Shown piece by piece: positions 21,350 to 32,043 of a stretch of DNA of 64,000 bases (positions are counted from its first letter, which is position 1; every line of letters starts with the position of its first letter). The notes under the pieces were generated by a model. That model made no database searches. It saw nothing but the letters and a program-made list of their open reading frames with translations, and was not told the origin of the DNA. Position numbers and translations under genes: made by a program. Source of the DNA: an uncultured bacterium (GTDB lineage: Bacteria > Armatimonadota > Abditibacteriia > Abditibacteriales > Abditibacteriaceae); assembly GCA_963843795.1 (NCBI GenBank), contig CAWJLW010000006.1, forward strand, positions 1,922,001-1,986,000. The letters run 5' to 3'.

Positions 21350-22087
21350 TCAGCGCTCCCAAGAACGCGGCAAGGTCGGACGTTCGACGTTTGGGCGTTC
21401 AATAGTCGGACGCTCGGAGACGCGCTCGACGTGGGGAGCTCCGACCGAACTGCTAATCGCGCCCGGCGAAGTGCTGACATGAGAAATTGGAGTCGTGCGT
21501 TCGGGCGTTTTTTCTTCCAGTGCGGGCGTTTCTGTTTTGCCGCTGCTGTCGATTTGCGGCACATCTTTAAAGAAAAATTCGGTATTCTCGCCGTAATCGC
21601 TTTCGTCGCTGGAAATTTCAAAGTCGCCGGGCGTGAACAGAAAAATTGTGTCGCCCAACTTCATGGCGTGACCTTGATGTTCCAGTCCGTAGCAAACACC
21701 ACTCATGAAATCAATGATGCGCACAGCAATCATGCGCTCGACTTCGTCCAGATTTAACACGATAGCCGAACCGGTCTTGAGATAATCGGCGGCGATGCTG
21801 GCTTCTTCCTGGGTTTTGGGCTTGAGAGTGTAAATGTTCTTCTCACGACCTCGCAGGGGCAGCGGTACAGCTCCGCTCATGCGGCGCGCACCGCCGCCAC
21901 CGTAAGTGGGACGATACGTCGTTTTTTCTTCGCGATGCGAATCGCGTGAATTGTGCTCGATGTTTTCGGCTTGATAATCATCTTCCTGATAATCATCTTC
22001 TTCATCATCGCCATGCTGCCAAAAACTATTCAGCGTCCGCTTCGCCGTTTGAACCATGCCCATGTGTGCTGCCTCCTGTAGTGCCAT
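21350..22087 (-). CDS. sepF: Cell division protein SepF
   Basis: AIVLNL...RIIDFMSGVCYGLEH...IFLFTP core; yggS-sepF-proC-yggT context. Confidence 0.9.
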   Translation of the reverse strand: MALQEAAHMGMVQTAKRTLNSFWQHGDDEEDDYQEDDYQAENIEHNSRDSHREEKTTYRPTYGGGGARRMSGAVPLPLRGREKNIYTLKPKTQEEASIAADYLKTGSAIVLNLDEVERMIAVRIIDFMSGVCYGLEHQGHAMKLGDTIFLFTPGDFEISSDESDYGENTEFFFKDVPQIDSSGKTETPALEEKTPERTTPISHVSTSPGAISSSVGAPHVERVSERPTIERPNVERPTLPRSWER

Positions 22088-22247
22088 GAATTGCTGTGAT
22101 TGAAAGTGCTATGTAATGTTATCACTTTGTACTTCGTTTCCAAAAACGAACCTAAAGTTGCCTGAAGTATACCCGCAAATCAACGAAAAATCACAGTGAA
22201 AATAATTTTCGCGCTTTTATTTCGACACGTTTGAGCGGCCAGTTCTA

Positions 22248-22973
22248 TCAGTCGCCAATTTGATTCGTTTGACCTGCGCGCGCGCCGAACAACGCGCTGC
22301 CGACGCGAATCATGGTCGCGCCTTCTTCAATCGCGATTTCAAAATCATTCGACATTCCCATTGATAGATGCGTGCAAGTACTTGCCGATACAAAGCGCGC
22401 CTGCAAAGCGTCGCGCAATTCGCGCAACTGCCGAAAGTCTCCGCGTTTCAATTCGTTGTTTTCGCGCGGCGGCGGCAAACACATCAAACCACGCACCTGC
22501 AAACAGGGAAGTTCGCAGCAACTTTCGAAAAGAGCGCCTAATTCCTCGGGCGCGCAGCCCGCTTTGGATGATTCGCCGCCAACATTCACTTGCAGCAAAA
22601 CTTTTATTTCGCGCCCTTGAGCAGCGGCTTCGCGTTGTAAAGCGTGCGCGATTTTCGTTCGGTCGACCGAATGCACCCAATCGAAATGGCGCACAACATC
22701 GCGCGCCTTGTTGCTTTGCAAAGCGCCGATGCAATGCCACTGCGCGGCATGTTGACCCAAGATTTCGATTTTTGCAATGCCTTCCTGCACATAATTTTCG
22801 CCGACAGCATTCAAGCCCACCTGCAAGTACTTGCCGAGCATTTGGGCGCCTACAGTTTTGGCGGCGCCAATTAAAAGCACCGAATTCGCCTCGCGTCCGG
22901 CGCGCGCACAGGCAGTTTCAATGCGATTTTGAATGGTGCGAAGATTGGTTAAAATTTCTGTTTCGGTAGCCAC
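22248..22973 (-). CDS. yggS: PLP homeostasis protein YggS
   Basis: GENYVQE, WHCIGALQSNK, LSMGMSNDFEIAIEEGATMIRVGSALFG. Confidence 0.96.
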   Translation of the reverse strand: MATETEILTNLRTIQNRIETACARAGREANSVLLIGAAKTVGAQMLGKYLQVGLNAVGENYVQEGIAKIEILGQHAAQWHCIGALQSNKARDVVRHFDWVHSVDRTKIAHALQREAAAQGREIKVLLQVNVGGESSKAGCAPEELGALFESCCELPCLQVRGLMCLPPPRENNELKRGDFRQLRELRDALQARFVSASTCTHLSMGMSNDFEIAIEEGATMIRVGSALFGARAGQTNQIGD

Positions 22974-23012
22974 AATTCAAAGCGTAGCAAAAAATCGTTA
23001 CACTGAATTTCC

Positions 23013-23981
23013 ATGAGCCAATTTTCCCATCCCGAACCAGCCGATATTCCCGCTCTGCTCGACCTGTGGAACGCGTGTCTGCCCAATTTTCCTCTCAGTG
23101 AGCAATTGTTGCAGCAAAGCATCATCGACGATCCACATTACGAACGCGAAGGTTGTTTCATCGTGCGCGAAAATGAGCACATTATCGGTTGGGTGATGTC
23201 GAAATCGATGCGCAATGCAGGCAGCGAAGTCGGACGCTTTCAAAATCGTGGGGGCATTGGTGCGCTGTGCGTGCATCCGGAAAGGCAACGTCGGGGCATC
23301 GGCACACAATTGATCGAGCAAGCCGAAAACTGGTTGCAGCAAAACGGTTCGCCACTTACGACTTTATATTTTCCGCATCATTTAGTGTGCGGCGTGCCGA
23401 TTGAATGCGAAGCGGCCCTGAAGTTGTTTCGTCAACGCGGCCTCAATCAATGGCACGAAACTTACGATTTGAAACGCGATTTGCGCGACTTCCAAATACC
23501 GCCGCAAGTACTTGCGGCGTTGCGCGAGAATCCGGACGTGGAAATTCGTGCTTTGAAAGAATCCGAAAGCGTGCAATTAATGGAATTTGTCCTCCGCGAA
23601 TTTCCCGGCGCGTGGGATTACTCGACGCGCGATCACTTTCGTCATGGCGGAATGCCGAGCGATTTTATTGTTGCAGTGGAAAAAGGTGTTATTATTGGTT
23701 TTTGTCATACCAACGACTTCCATAGCACGCGTTTGATTTCCAGCACGCACTGGCATCCATTGTTAGGTAAGAATTATGGCGGGTTGGGGCCGATTGGAAT
23801 AGCGAAAGCGGAGCGCAAACGCGGACTGGGCTTAGCTTTGTGCGCAGTTGCGGTCGATGATTTAAAAAAACGCGGTGTGGAATCGATGTGCATTGATTGG
23901 ACTTCGCTTTTAGATTTTTATGGCAAGTTGGGCTTTACGGTGTGGAAGACCTATTTGCAGGGCGAACGTCAAATCGGTTAA
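23013..23981 (+). CDS. Tandem GNAT N-acetyltransferase
   Basis: Two motif-A copies (VHPERQRRGIG, IAKAERKRGLG) and FYGKLGF. Confidence 0.88.
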   Translation: MSQFSHPEPADIPALLDLWNACLPNFPLSEQLLQQSIIDDPHYEREGCFIVRENEHIIGWVMSKSMRNAGSEVGRFQNRGGIGALCVHPERQRRGIGTQLIEQAENWLQQNGSPLTTLYFPHHLVCGVPIECEAALKLFRQRGLNQWHETYDLKRDLRDFQIPPQVLAALRENPDVEIRALKESESVQLMEFVLREFPGAWDYSTRDHFRHGGMPSDFIVAVEKGVIIGFCHTNDFHSTRLISSTHWHPLLGKNYGGLGPIGIAKAERKRGLGLALCAVAVDDLKKRGVESMCIDWTSLLDFYGKLGFTVWKTYLQGERQIG

Positions 23982-24164
23982 TCTGTTTTGGCTTCGTTTC
24001 AATTTTCCTATCGTGCAACCTTGAGCGCACTTCTTCTGTCTGTTGCTTTTGCACAGTTCAAGTGGCGCTAAATGGCGTTTGCCGATGAACCGATTCTTTT
24101 AATTCAACTTCAATCTTCCGACATTTAAAACTTCGCAAATTAGAAGTTTAAAATCAGGGAAACG

Positions 24165-25625
24165 ATGCCGCACTCGATCATGACTACTCACAGCAATTCG
24201 AACACGCTCACGCCCTCGACAACATCTTCTCCATCTCTACTCCTCGACAACGCCCCTGCGGCCAACGATTCTAATGGAAGCGTTAATGGCAATAGTGCCG
24301 CTTCTTTTCAATTCAGCGCTCTGCGCGCTAAAATCGACGCGCGCACTGCCGTTGTCGGTGTGATGGGCATGGGATACGTCGGCCTGCCCTTGATTATGGC
24401 GTTTTCCGAGCAGGGTTTTCGCACTTTGGGTTTTGATACTAACACCAAAACTATCACGGCCCTGCAAAACGGCGAATCACACATTGGCGATGTGCCGGGC
24501 GAATTGATTAGCCAGATGCGCGAAAACGACCAATTCCGCGCCAGCAGCGATTTTTCACAGTTAAGTGATTGTGATGTCGTTATCGTGTGCGTGCCGACTC
24601 CGCTCAAAGACACGCGCGATCCCGATTTATCATTTGTGGAAAACGCGACCGCACAAATCGCCGCACAGTTGCACGACGGCCAATTGATTATTCTGGAAAG
24701 CACGACTTATCCCGGCACCACCAACGAAATCGTGCGCCCACGTTTGGAAGCCACCGGACGCGTTGCGGGACAGGAATTTTTCTTAGCTTTTTCGCCCGAA
24801 CGTATCGACCCTGGCAACGAGAAATTTCCGATTCGCAAAGTGCCCAAGGTCGTTGGCGGCCACACGCCCGCTTGCTTGGAGTTAGCAACACAACTTTACG
24901 GCACTATCGTCGATCAGCCAGTTCCTGTTACTTCCACTCAGGCGGCAGAATTGACCAAGCTGCTGGAAAACATCTTCCGCAGCGTAAATATCGCGCTGGT
25001 GAACGAAATGGCGATGCTGTGCGACCGCATGGGCATCGATATCTGGGAAGTTATCGACGCCGCCGCGACCAAGCCTTACGGCTTTACGCGCTTTTCGCCT
25101 GGCCCGGGCTTGGGCGGCCATTGCATTCCCATCGATCCATTTTATCTTTCATGGAAAGCACGCGAATTCAATTTTCAAACTAACTTCATCGAACTGGCGG
25201 GCGAAGTCAATTCGGCGATGCCGGGTTATGTGGTCGATAAAATTATGCGCGCGCTAAACGATGAAGGCAAAGCTCTACGCGGTGCGAAAATTGGTTTACT
25301 GGGCATGAGCTATAAAGCCAATGTCGGCGATTGCCGCGAATCACCCTCCGTACGCGTGGCCGAAATGCTGCACGAATTGGGCGTCGATTTAAGCTACAAT
25401 GATCCGTATGTGCCCACTGTGACGCTGTTTCGCAAAAGCGACCACGAAGTGCCGCTGAATAGCAGCGAAGTTTCGGAATTGATGGATTGCGATTGCGTGA
25501 TTCTATTGACCGATCATCGCGATTACGATTACACACAGATTGCAGGGCAAAGCAGAATTGTAGTCGATACACGCAACGCTTTCAAAAACACCGCGGCTTC
25601 TCAGGCACGCATTGTCAAGCTGTAA
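24165..25625 (+). CDS. Nucleotide-sugar (UDP-N-acetylhexosamine) dehydrogenase
   Basis: GMGYVGLP, CVPTP, ESTTYPGTT, FSPERIDPGN, GPGLGGHCIPIDP. Confidence 0.95.
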   Translation: MPHSIMTTHSNSNTLTPSTTSSPSLLLDNAPAANDSNGSVNGNSAASFQFSALRAKIDARTAVVGVMGMGYVGLPLIMAFSEQGFRTLGFDTNTKTITALQNGESHIGDVPGELISQMRENDQFRASSDFSQLSDCDVVIVCVPTPLKDTRDPDLSFVENATAQIAAQLHDGQLIILESTTYPGTTNEIVRPRLEATGRVAGQEFFLAFSPERIDPGNEKFPIRKVPKVVGGHTPACLELATQLYGTIVDQPVPVTSTQAAELTKLLENIFRSVNIALVNEMAMLCDRMGIDIWEVIDAAATKPYGFTRFSPGPGLGGHCIPIDPFYLSWKAREFNFQTNFIELAGEVNSAMPGYVVDKIMRALNDEGKALRGAKIGLLGMSYKANVGDCRESPSVRVAEMLHELGVDLSYNDPYVPTVTLFRKSDHEVPLNSSEVSELMDCDCVILLTDHRDYDYTQIAGQSRIVVDTRNAFKNTAASQARIVKL

Positions 25626-25644
25626 TCTCGAAATTTTGCGCATT

Positions 25645-25687
25645 AAAAGCCCCTTCCGTATTTGCACAAATACGGAAGGGGCTTTTT
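25645..25687 (+). terminator. Intrinsic terminator
   Basis: AAAAGCCCCTTCCGTATTTG-CA-CAAATACGGAAGGGGCTTTTT. Confidence 0.8.
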
Positions 25688-25789
25688 GGTGTTAAGCTGA
25701 ACGTAACCATCAGTGCGGCGTCTGTGAGATATCCGTTGCGCTGCACTATCGAAAAATTTGTTTCGAATCATCGCGCAGAGGAAAAATCC

Positions 25790-26314
25790 ATGAAAACATT
25801 CAAACCATTCTTTCTTGTTTCAACTATTGCGCTGGCTTTATCGCTGGGCACAGCTCGTTTGTATGCGCGAAATGCTCCGTCGCTAAACGTTCAGAATCTG
25901 GCCGTTATCAAAGTTCAAAATGCGCCAGTTGTCGAAGTCAGTGCTGCGTCACTGGCTGAAGCCGCTGCCAAAGGCCGCACTACAACGGTCGAAAATCTGA
26001 TTGCGCAGGGCGTCTCGCCCGATAGCCGCGACGCTAAGGGCACGCCCGCCATCGTTCTGGCCGCCAAAAACGGTTTCGCCGATACCGTGCAAGCTCTGCT
26101 CAAAAGCAATGCGCAAGTCGATGCGCGCGATGAGGACAACGCGACCGCTTTGATTATGGCGGCCAGCGGCGGCCATACCAAAACTGTCAGCGCGCTTCTC
26201 CAAGGCGATGCCGATGTGACACTAAAGCGCAAAGATGGCGAAACTGCCTTGAGCTTGGCGACCAAAAATAAGTTCGACGAAATCGTGCGGTTGTTGCAGG
26301 CCGCGATGAAATGA
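25790..26314 (+). CDS. Secreted ankyrin-repeat protein
   Basis: Signal peptide; ~4 ankyrin repeats (GTPAIVLAAKNG, TALIMAASGGH, GETALSLA). Confidence 0.9.
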   Translation: MKTFKPFFLVSTIALALSLGTARLYARNAPSLNVQNLAVIKVQNAPVVEVSAASLAEAAAKGRTTTVENLIAQGVSPDSRDAKGTPAIVLAAKNGFADTVQALLKSNAQVDARDEDNATALIMAASGGHTKTVSALLQGDADVTLKRKDGETALSLATKNKFDEIVRLLQAAMK

Positions 26315-26334
26315 ACGTCCGGACAGAACCATGC

Positions 26335-26370
26335 AAAAAGCGTCCTGCAAGTACTCGCAGGACGCTTTTT
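26335..26370. terminator. Bidirectional terminator hairpin with motif variant TGCAAGTACTCGCA at apex
   Basis: AAAAAGCGTCCTGC...GCAGGACGCTTTTT between convergent genes. Confidence 0.8.
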
Positions 26371-26389
26371 AGGTTTCAGAACGTTAGTT

Positions 26390-26638
26390 TTACGCTGTGG
26401 CTTGAGCGCTTTGGGCAGCGATGCGCTTGGCCAAACGGCTTTTCTTGCGCGCAGCAGCATTGCGGTGAATGATTCCTTTGGAAGCGGCGCGGTCGATGGC
26501 GCTGAATGCGCTCACGACACTGCTTTCATTCAAAGCATTTTTGGTTTCGTTTTTGATGCGCGTTTTGGCAATCTGGTTGCGCAACTGTTTTTTGACATCT
26601 TGGCGCAAACGTTTTTTGGCGGAACGTAAATTGGGCAT
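26390..26638 (-). CDS. rpsT: 30S ribosomal protein S20
   Basis: MPNLRSAKKRLRQ...IDRAASKGIIHRNAAARKKSRL. Confidence 0.97.
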   Translation of the reverse strand: MPNLRSAKKRLRQDVKKQLRNQIAKTRIKNETKNALNESSVVSAFSAIDRAASKGIIHRNAAARKKSRLAKRIAAQSAQATA

Positions 26639-26746
26639 AAACTCTTTTCTCCTGCTGATTATTCAATCAAAACAATTTTAAAATTTCAATGGGCAAACCC
26701 CAACCATTTTAACTTTTTCGCGCTCGTCGCGCAACCACCACTCGTT

Positions 26747-27253
26747 TTAGCGCACTTGAGCAATGGCCTTGCGCGCCAGCTCGTCGCAGCGTTCATTTTC
26801 TTCATGACCGGCGTGACCGCGCACCCATTCAAATTTGTGAACGCGCGTGCTTAGAAGTTGGTGAATCGCTTCCCACTGCTCTTGATTTTTCACCGGTTTT
26901 TTGGCAGCGGTTTTCCAACCGTTGCGAATCCAGCCGCGCATCCATTGCGTCGCGCCTTTCACCACATACTCTGAATCGGTCACGATATGCACGGGCGCAC
27001 TCGCGGGAATCGAGCGCAAACCTTCAATGAGCGCCTGCAATTCCATCTGGTTATTCGTTGTGCGCGCGCGTCCACCTGACAATTCGCGACGTTCGCCATC
27101 AATTTCCACGATGGTGCCCCAACCGCCTGCACCCGGATTGCCTGAACACGCGCCATCACACCAAATTTGAATCGGCCCGCTTGGCATAATTTCGGTGTCA
27201 GGGGTGGTTTGGCTGTTATTTTCGTCAATTTCTTCGAATAAAGACTTGTTCAT
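26747..27253 (-). CDS. rnhA: Ribonuclease HI
   Basis: DGACSGNPG, TTNNQMEL, TDSEYV, WVRGHAGHEENERCD. Confidence 0.96.
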   Translation of the reverse strand: MNKSLFEEIDENNSQTTPDTEIMPSGPIQIWCDGACSGNPGAGGWGTIVEIDGERRELSGGRARTTNNQMELQALIEGLRSIPASAPVHIVTDSEYVVKGATQWMRGWIRNGWKTAAKKPVKNQEQWEAIHQLLSTRVHKFEWVRGHAGHEENERCDELARKAIAQVR

Positions 27254-27301
27254 GTCCGCTTTATTTTACTCAAAGCGCGCTGCAAGTACTTGCAGCGCAT
27301 T

Positions 27302-27943
27302 TCATTTGAGCGGCTGCGACCAGGCGCGATTAAATGCCGCGACATTAACACTTTTGACATGATTATCAACGAACAGCATGTTGTAACGGCGATCTGGCCC
27401 GCGCAGCATGCCGCCACCCTGCCCGTGCCAGCCACCGTTGGCATCGTTCATAAGGTTAGTTTCAGACGGATTAGGCAGAAATTCCTCAGCCAGGTTCAGC
27501 ATCGTCAGCTCGGTGTGATAAGCGTAGCTAAGGCCGAATTTTTGAAACGCCGTCGGGCGCGCGTCGATTGTAATGCCGGTAATATCGTCGTAATCGTAGC
27601 CGCTATCGGACGGACAAGCCCAAACCTGCTTGCTTTTGATGTAGGGCATTAACACTTCCCACAGCATCGGTGTGTTGGCGAAATCTACATTTGCTGCCGA
27701 AGGATGGCCCGTCCAAATTTGCGGCGTGTTTTTATCCGCAGCATCCAGACCACGAGGATAACGATCCCAGTCTTGCGCATACGTCGCAATGCCCAAAGCA
27801 ATCTGTTTCAAGTTCGACTGACAACTCGCCGAACGCGCCTTTTCGCGCGCGCGAGCAAAAACGGGAAACAAAATCGCCGCCAGAATTCCGATGATCGCGA
27901 TGACCACCAAGATTTCAATGAGGGTAAATCCGCGCTTTTTCAT
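27302..27943 (-). CDS. Prepilin-type DUF1559/H-X9-DG protein
   Basis: [18 protein letters not shown]...[16 protein letters not shown]...[11 protein letters not shown]. Confidence 0.92.
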   Translation of the reverse strand: MKKRGFTLIEILVVIAIIGILAAILFPVFARAREKARSASCQSNLKQIALGIATYAQDWDRYPRGLDAADKNTPQIWTGHPSAANVDFANTPMLWEVLMPYIKSKQVWACPSDSGYDYDDITGITIDARPTAFQKFGLSYAYHTELTMLNLAEEFLPNPSETNLMNDANGGWHGQGGGMLRGPDRRYNMLFVDNHVKSVNVAAFNRAWSQPLK

Positions 27944-27957
27944 ACAACTGTCCTTAA

Positions 27958-29493
27958 TTACCCCAAGTGCTGTTCCGCCAATGCCAGAGCGCGCAGCGCG
28001 GCGCGCGCTTTGTTGCGTGTTTCCTCATATTCATCGCTCGGCTTGCTATCGGCGACGACGCCGCCACCCGCCTGCACATACGCGACGTTATTTTTCACAA
28101 TAATTGTGCGCAGTGTAATGCAAGTGTCAAGATTGCCATTGAAGCTGAAATAGCCAATCGCGCCGCCATAAGGGCCACGTCGCGTCGGCTCCATCTCGTC
28201 GATAATCTGCATCGCGCGCACTTTAGGCGCGCCCGAAAGCGTTCCCGCCGGAAACGTTGCGCGCAGCACATCGAAACCGGTTTTATCCGTGCGTAGTTGT
28301 CCCGTCACATCGGACGCAATGTGCATAACGTGAGAATAGCGCTCGATAATTTTGAATTCATTGACTTTTACGCTGCCATATTCGCACACGCGCCCCAGGT
28401 CATTACGGCCCAAATCGACCAGCATAATGTGCTCGGCCACTTCTTTCGGGTCGGCCAACAATTCGCTTTCCAAGGCGCGATCTTCGGCTTCGTTGCGTCC
28501 GCGTCGGCGCGTTCCGGCTAATGGTCGCGTGCGCACCAGACCGTTTTTTTCCGTCACCAGAATTTCCGGTGACGCGCCAATAAGCTGCACATCTCCCAAA
28601 CTCAAGAAGAACATATATGGCGCGGGCGAAATATGGCGCAACGCGCGATAAACGCCAAATGGGTCGGCTTGGATTGGCACGCTGAATCGTTGCGAGGGCA
28701 CGACCTGCACACAGTCGCCGCTGTGAATATATTCGATGGTGCGCGCGACGGCATCTTCAAAATCTTCGCGCCGCGCGAAATTCGATTGTGGTTCGGGTTC
28801 GGCCACATCTTGGGCAACCGACAACATCGCGCCCGACTCGCCACTTTGATTTAATTGTTTTACGACCCAACGAATTTTAGTTTTCGCCTCTTCATAGGCC
28901 GCATTCGCATCGCTGTCGGCGGCGATAAAAGCGTTGCAAAGCACTTTGATAGTGTGGCGCACACCGTCGAAAATTAGCAGCGTATCGGTCAAAATTAAGC
29001 GCACATCGTCCAAATCGCGATCATCGGGCGGCGCTTCACTCACGCTGGGCTCGAAAAATCGCACCAGATCGTAGCCCAAATAACCGACGGCACCGCCGCA
29101 GAAATCCGGCAAATCGGGCACATCAACAAATTGAAAACGCCCCATCCATTCTTCGACCAAATGCAACGGATCGCGGCCCTTTTCCAATTCCCATTCGCGC
29201 GTTTCTCCGTTTTCGCTCATCCAAACGTGACGCCCTTTGGTACGCAAACTGGCGCGCGACGACACGCCTAAAAACGAATACCGCGCCGCAACCGCGCCGC
29301 CTTCGACGCTTTCCAGCAGCCAGGCATCGCTTTGTTTGTGTTCATCGCGCAATTTGAGAAACGCCGAAACCGGCGTCTCCAAATCGGCCAACACTTCACA
29401 CCAAACCGGCACTAGATTGCCGCGCGTGGCCAATTCCGCAAATGCGCTGGCATCGCGGGGAAAAAATTGTTCATCCAAATCACTGTCTCTCAT
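27958..29493 (-). CDS. trpE: Anthranilate synthase component I
   Basis: [41 protein letters not shown]. Confidence 0.95.
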   Translation of the reverse strand: MRDSDLDEQFFPRDASAFAELATRGNLVPVWCEVLADLETPVSAFLKLRDEHKQSDAWLLESVEGGAVAARYSFLGVSSRASLRTKGRHVWMSENGETREWELEKGRDPLHLVEEWMGRFQFVDVPDLPDFCGGAVGYLGYDLVRFFEPSVSEAPPDDRDLDDVRLILTDTLLIFDGVRHTIKVLCNAFIAADSDANAAYEEAKTKIRWVVKQLNQSGESGAMLSVAQDVAEPEPQSNFARREDFEDAVARTIEYIHSGDCVQVVPSQRFSVPIQADPFGVYRALRHISPAPYMFFLSLGDVQLIGASPEILVTEKNGLVRTRPLAGTRRRGRNEAEDRALESELLADPKEVAEHIMLVDLGRNDLGRVCEYGSVKVNEFKIIERYSHVMHIASDVTGQLRTDKTGFDVLRATFPAGTLSGAPKVRAMQIIDEMEPTRRGPYGGAIGYFSFNGNLDTCITLRTIIVKNNVAYVQAGGGVVADSKPSDEYEETRNKARAALRALALAEQHLG

Positions 29494-29556
29494 GGCTGCA
29501 AGTTTAACCCGCGCCTCACAATGACAACTGCACTTAAAACCACATCTTGCGCGCTC

Positions 29557-29594
29557 GAGATACGGGCCTGCAAGTACTTGCAGGCCCGTATCTC
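29557..29594. repeat. 38-bp perfect palindrome centred on TGCAAGTACTTGCA
   Basis: GAGATACGGGCCTGCAAGT|ACTTGCAGGCCCGTATCTC. Confidence 0.95.
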
Positions 29595-29595
29595 A

Positions 29596-30639
29596 TTAAA
29601 TTACGCGCGCTAATTTTGTGATGCGACCCGGTTTGAGCCATTCGACGACATAAATATTGCCGTTTTTATCCCAGCACGCCCCATGCGGCGAACAAAAACG
29701 TCCCGGCACGCGTGCTTCAACTGGCACACCGGGATTGGCGCGCTGCGACTCGTTGGGATTGTCGCCCAGATGCGTTATCAATTGATTTTGCCCATCAAAA
29801 ATTGAAACGCGGCCCGCTAAATCAGGCACCAGCAAATCTGTCCCGCGCGCATCGAAATGACACGGGCGCCGCAAATCAGCGTTCGTCGCGCCGATATATT
29901 CACCAGCCAGTGTGAAGTTCTGGAAGCGATGATTTTCGCGGTCGGCCACTCTCAAAATGGACTCCGCGCCACGCTTATCGACCCAGATGCCATGTGGACA
30001 ATTGAACTGTTCTGCTCCGCCGCCGTTGCCGCCCCACGAACGAATCAGTTCCGCTTTTGAATTGTACTGGTGAATGAAACCTTTGCCATAGCCATCCGCG
30101 ACGTAAAAATCGCCGTTGTCAGCGAACGCCACGTTCGTCGGCTTATATTCGCCTTCGTTGGCGTACAAACCGCCTGCGGGCACGCCAAGCGTCCAAATCG
30201 TTTCACCATCCAAGGTGGTTTTCACCACGATATGACGTACGTAATCGGCGAGATACAAAAATTCCGTATCGCCTTCGCGCCGCATTTGCATCCCGTGCGC
30301 GCCATCTTTGAACTCCTCGCCCCACGACTTGATGAATCGGCCATCGGCGTCGAAAATCATCACCGCATCGGCGCTCTGGTTGTGAACGAAAATGCGCCCC
30401 TGCGCATCTTCTTGCACACCGTGCGTATAGCCCAAGACTTTGCCTTCAGGCAGCGCGCCCCAACCCGCTACCACACGATAACGATGATTCTGCGCACCCA
30501 TCACGTCTTCGGCTTGAGCGTTGACCGTGGAAAGTAAGCCCGGCAGTTGAGCCACGGCGATGGCGCCCAAACCGCTTTGCAGCAGTTGACGACGCGAAAT
30601 TTTCGCGGGAAATGAAACGTTCTCTGGTTTTGATGACAT
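29596..30639 (-). CDS. Tat-exported NHL-repeat beta-propeller protein
   Basis: SRRQLL twin-arginine signal; NHL repeats (FYVADGYG, FNCPHGI, VADRENHR, FCSPHG). Confidence 0.88.
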   Translation of the reverse strand: MSSKPENVSFPAKISRRQLLQSGLGAIAVAQLPGLLSTVNAQAEDVMGAQNHRYRVVAGWGALPEGKVLGYTHGVQEDAQGRIFVHNQSADAVMIFDADGRFIKSWGEEFKDGAHGMQMRREGDTEFLYLADYVRHIVVKTTLDGETIWTLGVPAGGLYANEGEYKPTNVAFADNGDFYVADGYGKGFIHQYNSKAELIRSWGGNGGGAEQFNCPHGIWVDKRGAESILRVADRENHRFQNFTLAGEYIGATNADLRRPCHFDARGTDLLVPDLAGRVSIFDGQNQLITHLGDNPNESQRANPGVPVEARVPGRFCSPHGACWDKNGNIYVVEWLKPGRITKLARVI

Positions 30640-30815
30640 AAATTAACCTCGTAGTGTGACAAGCAATATTTTAACTTACCCATTCTGCACAAAAATTACG
30701 CAGCCAATGCGGCATATTGGCCGATGAACGATGAAACTGAGACGCCCATTTACCTTCATTTCCCAACGTGCTACACTTTCATTCAAGTCAATGAAATCAT
30801 TTGAGGACTACAAAT

Positions 30816-31964
30816 ATGAGCAGAGAACGCATGGTATCGCCCGAGTCGGAAGCGGGCAGCGAGGACGAGAAGTTTAACTGGGGTTTGCGTCCAAAGAGTT
30901 TGGACGAGTATGTCGGACAGCGCGAAAGCGTGGATCGTCTGCAAATTGCCATTGATGCGACCAAAGCGCGCGGCGAAAGTTTGGATCATTTGCTTTTGCA
31001 TGGCCCGCCCGGTTTGGGCAAAACCACTCTGGCGCTGATCATTGCCGAAGAACTGGGACGCGAGATTTCGATGACGAGCGGCCCGGCGCTCGAACGGCCC
31101 GCCGATGTGATGCCGTATCTAATTAACGCCAAAGCGGGCGATATTATTTTCATCGACGAAATTCATCGCATTCCGCGCGTAGTCGAAGAATTTTTGTATT
31201 CGGCGATGGAAGATTGGGTCGTCAACTTCGCCTTGGATAAAGGGATGTATTCCAAGCCGCTGCCATTTCGTTTGGAGCGCTTTACTTTAGTTGGCGCGAC
31301 GACACGGCCAGCAATGTTGACGCGACCTTTGCGCGACCGTTTTGGTATTCAGCAGCATTTGGATTTCTACAACGAAGACGATTTACAAACCATTATTCGC
31401 CGCAGCGCGCACATTTTGGACACGCCAATTGACAAAGAAGGCGCACGCGAACTTGCAGTGCGCAGTCGTGGGACGCCGCGTATCGCTAACCGGTTGTTGC
31501 GCCGCGTGCGCGACTTTGCTCTCGTGCGTGCCGATGGCGAAATTTCACAGCAAGTCGCGAACGATGCACTGAAATTGGAAGGTATTGATGCGCTGGGGTT
31601 GGACAGATTAGATCACGAAGTGATGCGCGTGATAAAAGACACTTACGGCGGCGGCCCGGTCGGCATTGAAGCCCTCGCCGCAACGCTGAACGAAGAAAGC
31701 GACACACTGGTGGATGTGGTCGAGCCGTATCTTTTGAAAATTGGTTTTCTGGCGCGCACGCCTTCGGGACGCCGCATTACGCGGCGCGCTTATGAACATA
31801 TGGGCGAAACGCCACCGCGCAATGCCTTTAACGCACAAACCTCGCTTTTCGATAACGCGCAGCAAAGTGAGAATCGTCAGGAAGCCCAGCAAGTTACGCC
31901 GAAATTGAAAGCCGAGCACAAAGCGGCGCGCGATGAAGAAATCGGCGATTGGAAAGAACATTGA
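30816..31964 (+). CDS. ruvB: Holliday junction branch migration helicase RuvB
   Basis: LRPKSLDEYVGQ, GPPGLGKTT, FIDEIHR, SRGTPRIANRLL. Confidence 0.97.
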   Translation: MSRERMVSPESEAGSEDEKFNWGLRPKSLDEYVGQRESVDRLQIAIDATKARGESLDHLLLHGPPGLGKTTLALIIAEELGREISMTSGPALERPADVMPYLINAKAGDIIFIDEIHRIPRVVEEFLYSAMEDWVVNFALDKGMYSKPLPFRLERFTLVGATTRPAMLTRPLRDRFGIQQHLDFYNEDDLQTIIRRSAHILDTPIDKEGARELAVRSRGTPRIANRLLRRVRDFALVRADGEISQQVANDALKLEGIDALGLDRLDHEVMRVIKDTYGGGPVGIEALAATLNEESDTLVDVVEPYLLKIGFLARTPSGRRITRRAYEHMGETPPRNAFNAQTSLFDNAQQSENRQEAQQVTPKLKAEHKAARDEEIGDWKEH

Positions 31965-32043
31965 GCGCGACTTTGATGCTTTGAGTGTCTCCAAATGGTG
32001 CTGCAAGTACTTGCAGCACCATTTTCTATTTCCGGAGACAAGT

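Noticed and set aside
22103..22128. AAAGTGCTAT...ATCACTTT inverted repeat as CIRCE
   Set aside because: Orientation and sequence do not match TTAGCACTC-N9-GAGTGCTAA; single imperfect instance
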